Source: an uncultured Clostridia bacterium (GTDB taxonomy: Bacteria > Bacillota > Clostridia > TANB77 > CAG-508). From it: a stretch of DNA of 61,882 nucleotides. The number at the start of each line of letters is the position of its first letter. Position 1 is the first letter of the stretch. Location of the stretch: assembly GCA_947631745.1 (NCBI GenBank), contig CANRMM010000003.1, positions 1-61,882 on the forward strand, in the 5' to 3' direction. Shown one piece after another: positions 37,035-47,883 of this stretch. Made by a program: the position numbers and the translations under genes. A model generated the notes under the pieces. The model was given only the letters and a program-made list of their open reading frames with translations. It made no database searches and had not been told where the DNA came from.

Positions 37035-38247
37035 TATAAACACACTAACCTATATTCTAGAAATCATAATTGTTATAATCGTTGTATTATTAGCAGTTTT
37101 ATGTATAGTATATTTTATGTCAAAAGCAAAGAAAAAAGATAAAGAAGTAAAAATGGAAAACAAAAGAAAAGCAATTGAAGACAATAAAAAAGCAAAAACC
37201 TTTGCTGTAGAACCAGTATTTAATTTTATGGAGTTTGATAAAATAGAAGACAATATGATTGTCCAAAAAGACGGAAATAAATACATTATGGTAGTAGAAT
37301 GTCAAGGAATAAACTATGACCTGATGTCAGAAATTGAAAAAAATGCAGTAGAAGAAGGATTTATTCAATTTTTAAATACAATTAGACATCCAATACAAAT
37401 ATATACACAAACAAGAACCATTAACTTAGAGTCAAGTATTCAAACTTATAAAGATAGAGTAAAAGAAATTGAAGATAGACTAGAAAGACAAGAAAAACGT
37501 TATAAAGAAATGGTAGCATCAGAAAAATATTCAAAAGAACAACTTGACAAAGCATATTATGAGTTAACAAAACAAAGAAATTTAACAGAGTATGGAAAAG
37601 ATATTATTTATAGTACGGAAAAATTAAGCTTAAATAAAAATGTATTAAATCAAAAATACTACATTGTTATTCCATACTATCCAGAAGATATTGGACAAAA
37701 TAACTTTGACAAAGAAGAAATAAAAAATTTATCTTTTTCAGAATTATATACAAGAAGTCAATCAATAATAAGAACATTAGCAGCTTGTAGCATTAATGGA
37801 AAAATATTAGATTCAAATGAACTAGTAGATTTATTATATGTAGCATATAACAGAGATGAATCAGAAGTATATGGATTAGATAAAGCAATTGATGCAGGAT
37901 ATGATGAATTGTACTCAACAGCACCAGATGTGTTAGACAAAAAAATGAGAGCATTAGATGAAAAAATAGAAGTAGAAGCTTTCAAAAAAGCAAATGAAAA
38001 AGTAAATGAAGCAAAATCAGACAAACAAAAAGAACTAGAGAAAAAAGAAAATAATATAGACAGTTTAATTTCAAGGATGGCAAAATTAATTATAGATCAA
38101 AACAGTTCAGTAATAGGTGAAGACATTGCTACAAGAGCAAAAGAAAAAATAAACAGTGAAAGGATAGCAAAAAAAGCTAAAGAAGGAGGTACAAAAGAAA
38201 ATGTCAAAAAAGAAACAAAGAGAAAAAGAGCAACAGAAACAAATTAA
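37024..38247 (+). CDS. T4SS-associated membrane-anchored coiled-coil protein (407 aa)
   Basis: N-terminal transmembrane segment and long charged helices. It overlaps both neighbours, which suggests an operon. Confidence 0.55.
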   Translation: MINNINTLTYILEIIIVIIVVLLAVLCIVYFMSKAKKKDKEVKMENKRKAIEDNKKAKTFAVEPVFNFMEFDKIEDNMIVQKDGNKYIMVVECQGINYDLMSEIEKNAVEEGFIQFLNTIRHPIQIYTQTRTINLESSIQTYKDRVKEIEDRLERQEKRYKEMVASEKYSKEQLDKAYYELTKQRNLTEYGKDIIYSTEKLSLNKNVLNQKYYIVIPYYPEDIGQNNFDKEEIKNLSFSELYTRSQSIIRTLAACSINGKILDSNELVDLLYVAYNRDESEVYGLDKAIDAGYDELYSTAPDVLDKKMRALDEKIEVEAFKKANEKVNEAKSDKQKELEKKENNIDSLISRMAKLIIDQNSSVIGEDIATRAKEKINSERIAKKAKEGGTKENVKKETKRKRATETN

Positions 38248-40177
38248 TGATTATACGAAACCAGATAATTTTAAAATTTTAAAAAAGAAAACGATTAAAG
38301 AATTGATAGCTCCATCAGGAATAGATGCTACTAATATAGACCACTTAGAAATTATATCAAATGTAACAAGATATGCTAGAAGTTTCTTTGTATCAGCATT
38401 ACCAAGAATGTGTACTTTCCCAGAATTATTTAGAGATATGTATTTATTTGGAGATATTAATACATCAATTTATATAAATCCTATTGCAGAATCAAGTTCA
38501 CAAAACGAATTAAATAGAGTTATTAACGAGCTAGAAACAGAAAGAATTGTAGCAGCAGATAGAGGAAATATCAACAGAGAAAGTACATTAGGACAAAAAA
38601 GATTAGAAGCAGAACAATTAAGAGATGAAATTGCAGCAGGATACAATAAACTATATGAAGCATCTATTATTTCTACTTTATTTGCTTACAGCCTAGAAGA
38701 CTTAAATCGATATACTAAATTATTAGCAACAGAAATGTCAAAATCATTAGTAGGAATTAAAAGTGCATGGGGAATGCAAGAAGAAGCTTTTAAATCAAAT
38801 TTACCATTAATGGAAAATAAAATATCAAAAACACATACATTTGACCGTAGATCAATGGGAACGGTATTTCCATTTACAACTTCAGAAGTAGGACATTCAA
38901 CAGGTGTTCCGTTAGGAATAAATAAACAAACAGGAGTACCAATTCTATTTGACAATTTTCATAATTCATTAACAAACTATAATATGGTTATTTTTGCAAA
39001 ATCTGGTGCTGGTAAATCAGTTACTATGAAAACATTAATCTCAAGATCAGCAGTATTAATGGGAGTACAAAGCTTAGCACTAGATGCAGAAGGCGAGTAT
39101 AGCATAGTAGCAGAAAGCTTAGGTGGAATTAACGTAGTTATTAGTCCTACATCACAAACAGTAATTAATATTTTTGATATTGAAACAGAAATCATAAAAG
39201 ATGAAATTACAGGAAGAGATAGAGTAGTATTAAATGTTGAAAATAAAGTAGAAGACGTAACACAAGCCTTACTTACTATGGCAAGAGGAAGTACAAGAAG
39301 TGATGAAGTAAATGAATTAACAAAACAAATTATAGCAGAATCTGTAGCAGAAGAATATGCAGCACACGGAATTACAAATGATCCGAATAGCTTATTTGCA
39401 ACACAAACAGGGGAAATTCAAAACAACATGATAGGAAGAAGAAAAAAAGCAATGCCAACAATTGGTTCATGGTACAGAAGAATACAAGGGAAAGCAATGG
39501 AAAATACAAATGCAGATTATAGTTTTCATTATAGTTACTTACTAAAAGTTATGAAACAGTACATAAGAGAATATGATGGACAAATGGCATACTTTGATGG
39601 ACAATCAACTTTTGATTTATTAGAAGGATCACTATTTATTAACTTAGATATATCACAACTAGAAGAAAAATTTGCAAGACCACTTGCACAACAAATATTA
39701 CTAGAGTGGATATGGGAAAAATACGTAAAGAAAAATAGCGAAGATAGAACAAAAGCAGCCAAAAAAAGAGTTTTAGTAGATGAGGCATGGATGTTACTTC
39801 CATACCCAGAAGCAGTTGACTTCTTAAATACAATGGCTAGACGTGCAAGAAAAAGAAACGTATCATTAGCTATTATTTCACAAAGATTTCAAGATTTTTA
39901 TGAAAAACCAGAAGCACAAGCAGTTTTAACATCATCAGACACAAAATTATTTTTAGCACAAGATAAATCAGAAATACAATACCTAAAAGAAGTATTTAAA
40001 TTAAGCGAAGGAGAAGCAAATTTCTTAGTAACTTGTTTAAAAGGAGAAGGACTACTAAAAGTTGGAGCAGATAGTGCAATCATACAAATTAATCCAACCA
40101 GAAAAGAATTTGAATTTGTAGAAACAAATTTAAATAAAATCGTACAAAAGGGAAGAAAACAATATGCAAACTATTAG
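38201..40177 (+). CDS. VirB4-like conjugation/T4SS ATPase
   Basis: Walker A FAKSGAGKSVTMK and Walker B RVLVDEAWML. The N-terminal region is VirB4-like (ELIAPSGID...YARSFFVSALPR). Confidence 0.85.
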   Translation: MSKKKQREKEQQKQINDYTKPDNFKILKKKTIKELIAPSGIDATNIDHLEIISNVTRYARSFFVSALPRMCTFPELFRDMYLFGDINTSIYINPIAESSSQNELNRVINELETERIVAADRGNINRESTLGQKRLEAEQLRDEIAAGYNKLYEASIISTLFAYSLEDLNRYTKLLATEMSKSLVGIKSAWGMQEEAFKSNLPLMENKISKTHTFDRRSMGTVFPFTTSEVGHSTGVPLGINKQTGVPILFDNFHNSLTNYNMVIFAKSGAGKSVTMKTLISRSAVLMGVQSLALDAEGEYSIVAESLGGINVVISPTSQTVINIFDIETEIIKDEITGRDRVVLNVENKVEDVTQALLTMARGSTRSDEVNELTKQIIAESVAEEYAAHGITNDPNSLFATQTGEIQNNMIGRRKKAMPTIGSWYRRIQGKAMENTNADYSFHYSYLLKVMKQYIREYDGQMAYFDGQSTFDLLEGSLFINLDISQLEEKFARPLAQQILLEWIWEKYVKKNSEDRTKAAKKRVLVDEAWMLLPYPEAVDFLNTMARRARKRNVSLAIISQRFQDFYEKPEAQAVLTSSDTKLFLAQDKSEIQYLKEVFKLSEGEANFLVTCLKGEGLLKVGADSAIIQINPTRKEFEFVETNLNKIVQKGRKQYANY

Positions 40178-40186
40178 GGGGATTAT

Positions 40187-43100
40187 ATGAAAAAAATAAA
40201 TAAGAAAAATCTCACACGAAAGATAATGATAACAATTGTTATGATATTGTCATTTAATTTCATAGCTCCAAATTATTCACAAGCAGACTTTGGCGGAGTT
40301 CTTATGGGACCAGTAATCGATTTGATCGCTGGTATAGGTGATGCTGTTATGTCTTTACTTGAAGTATTTATGGATGGAGGGCAAACTGACTTATTAAAGT
40401 CAGATGGATTTTCAGTAAAGTCAGATGATTTTAGAGCGAATGGAGCGGATTCGTATGAAATGGGAACATCAAAATTGCCATCAGATACGCAAACAGTAGA
40501 AATAGACTCAAAAGACTTAGACCAAGGTTGGTTTGGATTATCAACATATACAATTCCAATTATAAAATATGGACCAGAAAAAATATTTGCTAATGAAGTT
40601 CCAGCACTAGATGCAAACTTTATTAATCCTAAAAAAGGAATTGATACAAATAACAATGGAGTAATAGATGCTGGTGAAGAATATAATTCAAACCAAGAAG
40701 AAAAATCAATAGCAATACAATTAAGAGAAGTAATAGCAAGCTGGTATAATGCGTTACGAAATTTAGTAATTGTTGGCTTACTATCTGTGTTACTTTATGT
40801 AGGCATTAGAATTGTATTAACTAGTACAGCATCAGATAAAGCAAAGTACAAAAAAATGTTAATGGATTGGGTAATTGCTTTATGCTTATTATTCTTTTTA
40901 CACTATATAATGGCATTTACAATGCAATTAATAGATATTGTAACACAAGGAATTTCAAATGCAACAGATATAAAAGTAGTTATTAGAGATTCAGCTGGAG
41001 ATATAGAATTTAAAACAAATTTAACAGGGCTATGTAGAATGCAAGTGCAATATAACGACTTTGGATCAAGAATTGTATATTTAATTTTCTATATTGCATT
41101 AGTTGTATATACATTTATGTTTACGTGGCAATATATGAAGAGGGCAATTACAATAGCATTTTTAACACTAATTGCGCCATTAGTTGTTTTAACTTATCCA
41201 ATCGATAAAATGGGAGACGGAAAAGCACAAGCATTTGGTATGTGGCTAAAAGAGTACATATTTAATGCATTACTACAGCCATTCCATTTAATAATTTATA
41301 CAGTATTTTTAGGCTCAGGAATGCAAATAGCCGTAAATAATCCTCTTTATGCAATTTTATTTCTTGCATTCATTACACCGGCCGAAAAGATCTTAAGAAG
41401 GTTCTTTAAATTTGACCAAGCATCTACTGCAGGAGCAACGTTTGCCGGAGCATTTGGTGGAGCTGCAGCATACAATATGATAAAAGGATTAGTACAAAAA
41501 GGAGCAAATGGCGGAGGAAAACAACAAGTAGGTGCAGGAAATCAAAAAGGAATAAGACAACAAAGACAATTAACAGACCCAAATGCACCAGACGGAAGCT
41601 TAGCACCATTCACAAGAACTAGAACAGCAAATACAGAAAATAATAATAGAGGTAATAATAGAAATAGAACCACAGAGACGAATAATAATGGAAACAGAGA
41701 TAATACAACTACAACAGAAGATAGAAGTACAGAATCACCACGTACAATTGATGATAGAAGTACGGAACCACTACGTACAGTTGATGATAGAAGTACAGAA
41801 CCACCACACACAACAGATAATAGAAGCACAGAACCACCACATACAGCAGATAACAGAAACACAGAACCACCACATACAACAGATAATAGAAATACAGAAG
41901 ATAACAAAGATAATAATAGTCAAAATAGAAGAGGAAGACCAAGAACCAAAAATAATCCTAATATAGGAGAACAAGGAGAAGATATAGGTAGAGCAGAAGA
42001 ATTTAGAAGACTAACAGAATCTGGTATGTCTCAAGAAGAAGCATTGACGGCAATAAATGAAACCAAACCATTTGATAGAAACACAGGAAGTCATACATCA
42101 GAAGATGACCAAAGAGGAATATTACAATGGGCAGGAGATTCCGCTAAAGAGAAATGGGATAATAGTGAATTAAAACAAAAAGCAGTAACATTAAAAAGAA
42201 ATGTAGCTAATTCAAAACCTATTAGAACAATGGCAAGCGCAGGAAATACAATAAGAACAACAGCAGAATCAGGTATAACGAAAGCAGGAAATGCAATAAG
42301 AGCGACAAAAGATGGCATAGGAAAGGTTGGAGGAAAAATAAAATCAACTGCAGAAGATGGTATAGCAAAAGCTGGAGAAATATATAGGAAAACACCAAAA
42401 CCATTTAGAAATTCTGTAGAAAGAGCTGGAAAAGCAGGTGCAAAAGTAGCAAAAGCAGCAGGAGAAGTAGGAGTAAAGGCAGTAAAAGGGGCAGGAAGAG
42501 TAGGAGCAAGAACAATTAAAGGAGCAGCAGGTGTTGTAAAAAGAGCAGCTCCACATGCAGCAACAATAGCAGGAAAGACTTTGGCAGCCGGAACTATGGG
42601 AGTAATAGGACTTGGAATGGGAATAGCAGGAGATAATTTGGAAGATACATTAACATATGGCTTAGGAGGAGCAGCACTTGGCTGGAATGTAGGACCAGCA
42701 GTAGCCTCGAATATGGTAAGAGGAGTAGCTACAACTGGTACAGAATTAAGAAACGCATATGAAGAAGGAGCTTACGGAAGAACAGAAGCAGAATTAAGAC
42801 AACAAGAAAGAGAATTTATAGCAAATGAAGACAACAGAGAGTTCTTTGAAGAAAAAGTTACAGAACAAACAGGAAGCAAACCATCAAGACAAGAATTAGA
42901 TCAAACAATGAAAGAGGCAGCACAATATAATAGAGCGGGAATTTCCGACGTAAAACAAATTAACAAGAGTATGTTATTAGAACAAGAATTACAACAAGAA
43001 TTACAATCTACAACAAATATGCCTGAAAAAGAAGCAAAGACAAAAGCAAGAGAACAAGCAATTACAATTGCTAAAATAGCACAAGGAATAGACGCAAAAG

Positions 43101-43249
43101 ACTTAAGAGATGCAAAGAAAGTAAAAGAATTAGAACAATCTTTTGCAAGAGAATTATTAAGTAAAGATCCAAGTATGGGCGAAGAAGCAGCAGAAGCACA
43201 GGCAAGTAGAATTGTATCAATGGTAAAAAAACAAAAGAAAGTATATTAA
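40187..43249 (+). CDS. VirB6/TrbL-like polytopic membrane protein with a long low-complexity C-terminal extension (1020 aa)
   Basis: Signal/TM segment, about 6 transmembrane helices in residues 190-400, then a Gly-rich linker, 11-aa tandem repeats and a Lys/Ala-rich tail. Confidence 0.6.
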   Translation: MKKINKKNLTRKIMITIVMILSFNFIAPNYSQADFGGVLMGPVIDLIAGIGDAVMSLLEVFMDGGQTDLLKSDGFSVKSDDFRANGADSYEMGTSKLPSDTQTVEIDSKDLDQGWFGLSTYTIPIIKYGPEKIFANEVPALDANFINPKKGIDTNNNGVIDAGEEYNSNQEEKSIAIQLREVIASWYNALRNLVIVGLLSVLLYVGIRIVLTSTASDKAKYKKMLMDWVIALCLLFFLHYIMAFTMQLIDIVTQGISNATDIKVVIRDSAGDIEFKTNLTGLCRMQVQYNDFGSRIVYLIFYIALVVYTFMFTWQYMKRAITIAFLTLIAPLVVLTYPIDKMGDGKAQAFGMWLKEYIFNALLQPFHLIIYTVFLGSGMQIAVNNPLYAILFLAFITPAEKILRRFFKFDQASTAGATFAGAFGGAAAYNMIKGLVQKGANGGGKQQVGAGNQKGIRQQRQLTDPNAPDGSLAPFTRTRTANTENNNRGNNRNRTTETNNNGNRDNTTTTEDRSTESPRTIDDRSTEPLRTVDDRSTEPPHTTDNRSTEPPHTADNRNTEPPHTTDNRNTEDNKDNNSQNRRGRPRTKNNPNIGEQGEDIGRAEEFRRLTESGMSQEEALTAINETKPFDRNTGSHTSEDDQRGILQWAGDSAKEKWDNSELKQKAVTLKRNVANSKPIRTMASAGNTIRTTAESGITKAGNAIRATKDGIGKVGGKIKSTAEDGIAKAGEIYRKTPKPFRNSVERAGKAGAKVAKAAGEVGVKAVKGAGRVGARTIKGAAGVVKRAAPHAATIAGKTLAAGTMGVIGLGMGIAGDNLEDTLTYGLGGAALGWNVGPAVASNMVRGVATTGTELRNAYEEGAYGRTEAELRQQEREFIANEDNREFFEEKVTEQTGSKPSRQELDQTMKEAAQYNRAGISDVKQINKSMLLEQELQQELQSTTNMPEKEAKTKAREQAITIAKIAQGIDAKDLRDAKKVKELEQSFARELLSKDPSMGEEAAEAQASRIVSMVKKQKKVY
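41720..41900 (+). repeat. 33-nt (11-aa) tandem repeat, ~5.5 copies (DDRSTEPPHTT-type)
   Basis: The units read DRSTESPRTID, DRSTEPLRTVD, DRSTEPPHTTD, NRSTEPPHTAD, NRNTEPPHTTD and NRNTE, directly from the sequence. Confidence 0.85.
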
Positions 43250-43272
43250 TTAAATAAAAGGAGGCTATAATC

Positions 43273-44217
43273 ATGAAATGGTTGAAGAGATATTGGAGTC
43301 AAAATAGAAAAAAGATAATACTAACCGTTGCAATTATAGCCTTTATTATTGTAATGATACAAATAACAAATAGTATATTAGATAATAGAAGAAAAACAAA
43401 TGAAGAACAAATTGTTAAAAATAAATATGAGCCAACTCAATCTATTATAACAGGAGAAGTTGTAGCAGAAGAAGTAACGAAATCAAACATAGAAATAATA
43501 AATCAATTTGTAATGTATTGCAATAATAGAGAATATCAAAATGCTTTTGAATTATTAAGTAATAATTGTCAAGAAGTAGTTTTTAATAATGATATTAATA
43601 GGTTTATCCAAGAATATTGCAATGCAAATTTTGAAACGACTAAAACATATCATTTGGACTTATGGCTAAATACATCCAATATATATACTTATAAAATAAA
43701 ATATTATCAAGATAATATTTTAGCAACAGGAGGACAAAACTTAGAGCAAGGAACAGAAGATACTATTTCTATTACAAAACAAAATGGAGAAGAAAAACTA
43801 TCAATAAAAGGATTTATTGATAAGAAAGAAATTAATAAATATTTAAATCAAGAAAATTTGCAAATAGAAATTAAAGATAGAAGAATTTATAAAGATTATG
43901 AAATCTATACAATTATCATGAAAAATAATTCACAAAATACAATACTAATAGCAGACGAAAAAGCAAACGGAAATATTTGTATTGTAGATAATCAAAATGT
44001 AGAATATGAATCATTTTTATATGAAATAGCACCAGAAGAACTTAAAATAACTCCTGGAAATATTATAATAACACAGATAAGATTTAATAAAATATATAGT
44101 TTTAATAGAAATATTGAAAAAGTAAGATTTAAAGATATTATACTAAATTACCAAGAAAATCCAACCACTATAATGGAAAATGATATAAAAACCACAACAA
44201 TAGATATAGAAATATAG
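43273..44217 (+). CDS. membrane-anchored protein with an NTF2/VirB8-like-looking domain
   Basis: N-terminal transmembrane segment. The motif FVMYCNNREYQNAFELLSNNCQ..F..DINRFIQEY is shared with the ORFs at 46932 and 47884. Confidence 0.5.
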   Translation: MKWLKRYWSQNRKKIILTVAIIAFIIVMIQITNSILDNRRKTNEEQIVKNKYEPTQSIITGEVVAEEVTKSNIEIINQFVMYCNNREYQNAFELLSNNCQEVVFNNDINRFIQEYCNANFETTKTYHLDLWLNTSNIYTYKIKYYQDNILATGGQNLEQGTEDTISITKQNGEEKLSIKGFIDKKEINKYLNQENLQIEIKDRRIYKDYEIYTIIMKNNSQNTILIADEKANGNICIVDNQNVEYESFLYEIAPEELKITPGNIIITQIRFNKIYSFNRNIEKVRFKDIILNYQENPTTIMENDIKTTTIDIEI

Positions 44218-44227
44218 AAAGTAGGAG

Positions 44228-46907
44228 ATGACTATGAACGAGCAAAACGAGCAAAACGAACAAAATGAAAATGCAGCCAAAAAAGCAGCAAAAGAAGCTG
44301 CTCAAAAAGCCAAAAGTAAAATCATACAAAAAGTAGTATCTATAATACTTCCTTATGCTATAACTTTTATCCTTATATTATTAGCTGGAGCAATACTTTT
44401 AGGGGTTTTTAATGCAGTTGGCGAAAAGGTACAAGAATTGATAGACGGAGTTATTGATTTTTTTACAATTGAGTATGATGGAGCAATAGACGTTAGTGAT
44501 GAACAAGTAGATACAATTATCAATACAATCGCAGATATGGGAGTTAGCTTAGATGGACTAAAACTAATGGGAGATGTAGATTATAGTAATCCAGATATAG
44601 AAGAAGCAAATCGCAAAGCAATGAGAGAATACATAAAAAAATTTTACCAAGCACAGATTGTTACAGAAGTACTAAACACAAAGCCAGGATGGTTTGAATC
44701 ATGGACCAAAGGTGATAAAGTATATGGAAATGTATATGTATATAGAACCAGAGATGGAGCAGAAAAATCTACAGATAGTTATCAGCTTGATTACTTAAAT
44801 GAAACAGATTTTGAAAACAAAGTAAATAGTAAAGCTTATGACATTAATAAGTATTTTACAATGGATAAAGATGATAATCTAGTATTTGCAACTATAAGCA
44901 CGGTCAATGGAGAAAGAGCAGTATCAACTAGTCATATCAATTATAAAAATGTAATTTCACTATATACAACACCAATGAATTTCTTTTTATACTTAGCTAT
45001 GGTAACAGAAAACCCAGAATTTGTATCAAAAGTAGCAGATTTAGTAATGAAGAGCGAAATAGATATTACAATAATGGATAATAAAAGAACAAGTACAACA
45101 ACAGAAACAAATACATATACACCGGTAAGTAGAACAGCAACAGAAGAAGAAAACAATCGGAGAAGCACAAAACACGCTTGTTCAAGGAGAAGTAACAAAA
45201 GGAAAACCAGTAACTAACACAACTACAACATCATCAACCTATGCAACTCCTCAAGTTGCAATAACACATGTAAAAGTATGGTTTTGTGAACAAACTATAA
45301 CTTATGCAAAAAAGGAAACAACCCAAGCACCTACATCACAAACATACACAAAAGATAATGATACAACTTTAGCAGATGATTCAGAAAAAGAAGCTACAAA
45401 AGCAGGAGAAGAAGTAACATGGCAGGCAGATAAAACGAGAACAATAACAACATCATCACAACAAATTTCTTATGAAGAAGAATCTAGAAGCGAAGTAATA
45501 GACAAAACTGGAGAAAAAGGAGATGGAGAAAAATCATTCATAGGATTATTAGATATGGATTTAAAAATTCCAAATACAACAAGATATGAAAAAGCAGGAG
45601 AAAATTTTGTAAGTGGATCAGAATTACTACTCTATTTATTTGAAAAAGACAGCAAATTACAAAGCTTAGAACAGATTATGAGGTATATATTATATAAATA
45701 TACAGGAAAAGATTATGGAGTAACAGATTTAAACCTTAGTATATTTAATGCAAGGGAATTTCAAACTGTAGGAACAGGAGGAATAGAACTACTAACTGAA
45801 TATATACACTATTTTGAAAACGCGGGAGGAGCACCAACAAATGCAGATGGAACCAAATATATTATTGAGGATGATGGTGCAGGAAATCCAGTAGTAGGAT
45901 ATGGAGTTGACATTAATGCACACTTAACATTATTTCAAGATGCCGGATACCCAACGAATATGGGAGGGGAAGTTGATAAAAAATTTGTAGATGATATAGA
46001 AAAAAATGAGATTAAAGATAATATTGAGAAAATGAAAGCTGTTACAAGTGGTCTAGATTTAACAGAATATCAAATTCATGCTATGGTATCGAGAGCATAT
46101 AATTGCGGACCAGGAAATCCAAACTCATCTGACCCAAGCAGGATAGGAGCAGTAGGAATTAGGCATGGCAAAAATTTTGTGCAAGCATATCAAGAATATT
46201 GGAATCAAGAAACAGACGACCTATATGAAGAAAAAGTAAGTGATATACCATTTACCCATGAACTATATACACAATATATGTCAGAACCAACCACTTCAGA
46301 TGGACAAGTATTACCAGGACTTATTACAAGAAGAAAATCAGAATGGAGGTTATTTAGAACAGGATATTATGATGTATTAGGAAAATGGTATACAGGAATA
46401 GGAACAGGTGGAATAACAAACGATGAAGAAGCAAAACAACTTCAAAATTATATAGAAACTGAATTAATTCATACACAAGTACATAAAAATGGAAGTTATC
46501 AACAAGGTCCTTTTGAAAAATGGTGGGCGACACCAATTAATTTACTTCAGCCATTCCAATGTACATGGTGGGCGTATGGAAGAGCATCTATGTATTTAAA
46601 TGAACCATATCCAAGTAGAAACGTAGGAGTTGGAAATGGAGGACAATGGTATGAATTGAATATGAAATATGGATGGTTTAACTATGGAAGTACTCCAAAA
46701 CCAAATTCACTTGTTTCTTGGAAACAAGCAGGAGAATGCGGACATGTTGCATATGTAGAAGGAGTAGCAGAAGATGGTATATATATTAGTGAAGCTGGTA
46801 ACGGAGACTCATGGATGGGTATTAGAAAAATACCTTTAGATGGAAATGTGGGTTGGGGTCCTAGCTATGTATTAGAAGGATATATATACTTAGATGAACC
46901 TAGATAG
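44228..46907 (+). CDS. T4SS cell-wall hydrolase (TM segment, GH24-like lysozyme and C-terminal CHAP domain); frame interrupted at in-frame CGG (45158)
   Basis: The upstream ORF ends 20 codons after CGG 45158-45160. The +1 frame starting at 45159 is open all the way into the ORF at 45555. The GH24-like motif is FENAGG..EDDGAGNPVVGYG...YQIHAMVSRAYNCG. The CHAP motif is FQCTWWAYGRA...GHVAYVEG. Confidence 0.8.
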
Positions 46908-46931
46908 GAAAGGAAAATTGGTAATATCAAT

Positions 46932-47831
46932 ATGAAAAAACTAAAAATAATCATAATTGCATTAGCAATTTTGCTAATCATTTTATTACTAATTATGTTT
47001 GCCTCGAAAAAAAATATAAATCAAAATGGAATAGAAACGCCACCAGAAAATTCTGGACCACAAGATGCTTTAATCAAGCTGGAAGATCATACAATAAAAG
47101 AAACAGATGACTATAGATTTTTTACAGTACAAGAAATAATACAGAATTTATATACAAAAATAAATATAAAAGATAATAATGCTGTATATAATATGACATC
47201 AGAAGAATATAAAAGAGATAATGAAGAAACATTAGAAACAATTTTATCAGCATACACAGAAACACCTAATCATATGTCTTTCTATTTACAAGAACAATAT
47301 AAGCTAGAAAACTATAATCAAGTAATATATTATGCATACGGATTTATATTAGAAACAGGGAAAAATGAATTACAAAATAAATATTTTAAGATAAACGTAG
47401 ATTACAAAAACGAAACATTTTCAATAGAACCAATTAAAATGGAAGAATATCAAAGAGCACAAAATGGACAAATAAAAAAATCAAAAACTATTAGAATAGA
47501 AAAAAATAAAGACAATACATATGAGCAAGATAGCTATTCGTCTAAAAGAATAGCAGACAGATATATACAAGATTATATTTTAAAATTAAAATACAAAACA
47601 AATATTGCATATGATTTGCTAGAAGAAAATTACAGAAGAAGAAATTTTAACAATATAGAACAGTTTATCGAATATATTGAAAGCAATGTAGAAAAATTAA
47701 ATCACCTTGAGATACAAAATGTACAAACTCAAATTACAGAAAATGCCAGAGAATATACAATAACTGATACAAATGATAATCAATATAAACTAATAGTATA
47801 TGGAGCTTTAGATTATAGAATAATAATATAA
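46932..47831 (+). CDS. membrane-anchored protein, paralogous domain family (VirB8/NTF2-like?)
   Basis: N-terminal transmembrane segment and the motif IAYDLLEENYRRRNFNNIEQFIEYI. Confidence 0.5.
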   Translation: MKKLKIIIIALAILLIILLLIMFASKKNINQNGIETPPENSGPQDALIKLEDHTIKETDDYRFFTVQEIIQNLYTKINIKDNNAVYNMTSEEYKRDNEETLETILSAYTETPNHMSFYLQEQYKLENYNQVIYYAYGFILETGKNELQNKYFKINVDYKNETFSIEPIKMEEYQRAQNGQIKKSKTIRIEKNKDNTYEQDSYSSKRIADRYIQDYILKLKYKTNIAYDLLEENYRRRNFNNIEQFIEYIESNVEKLNHLEIQNVQTQITENAREYTITDTNDNQYKLIVYGALDYRIII

Positions 47832-47883
47832 AAAAGAAAAGGCATATAATTTTTAATAAATAAATTTAGGAGACTAATTTAAA

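Noticed and set aside
37024-40177. The 407-aa and 658-aa ORFs as two halves of a frameshifted VirB4.
   Set aside because: The 658-aa protein already has a complete VirB4-like N-terminal region plus Walker A and B motifs. The 47-nt overlap contains no CGG and is typical of operon coupling.
41542-41974. Several overlapping ORFs on both strands across the 33-nt tandem repeat.
   Set aside because: They are artefacts of the repeat periodicity inside the VirB6-like gene.
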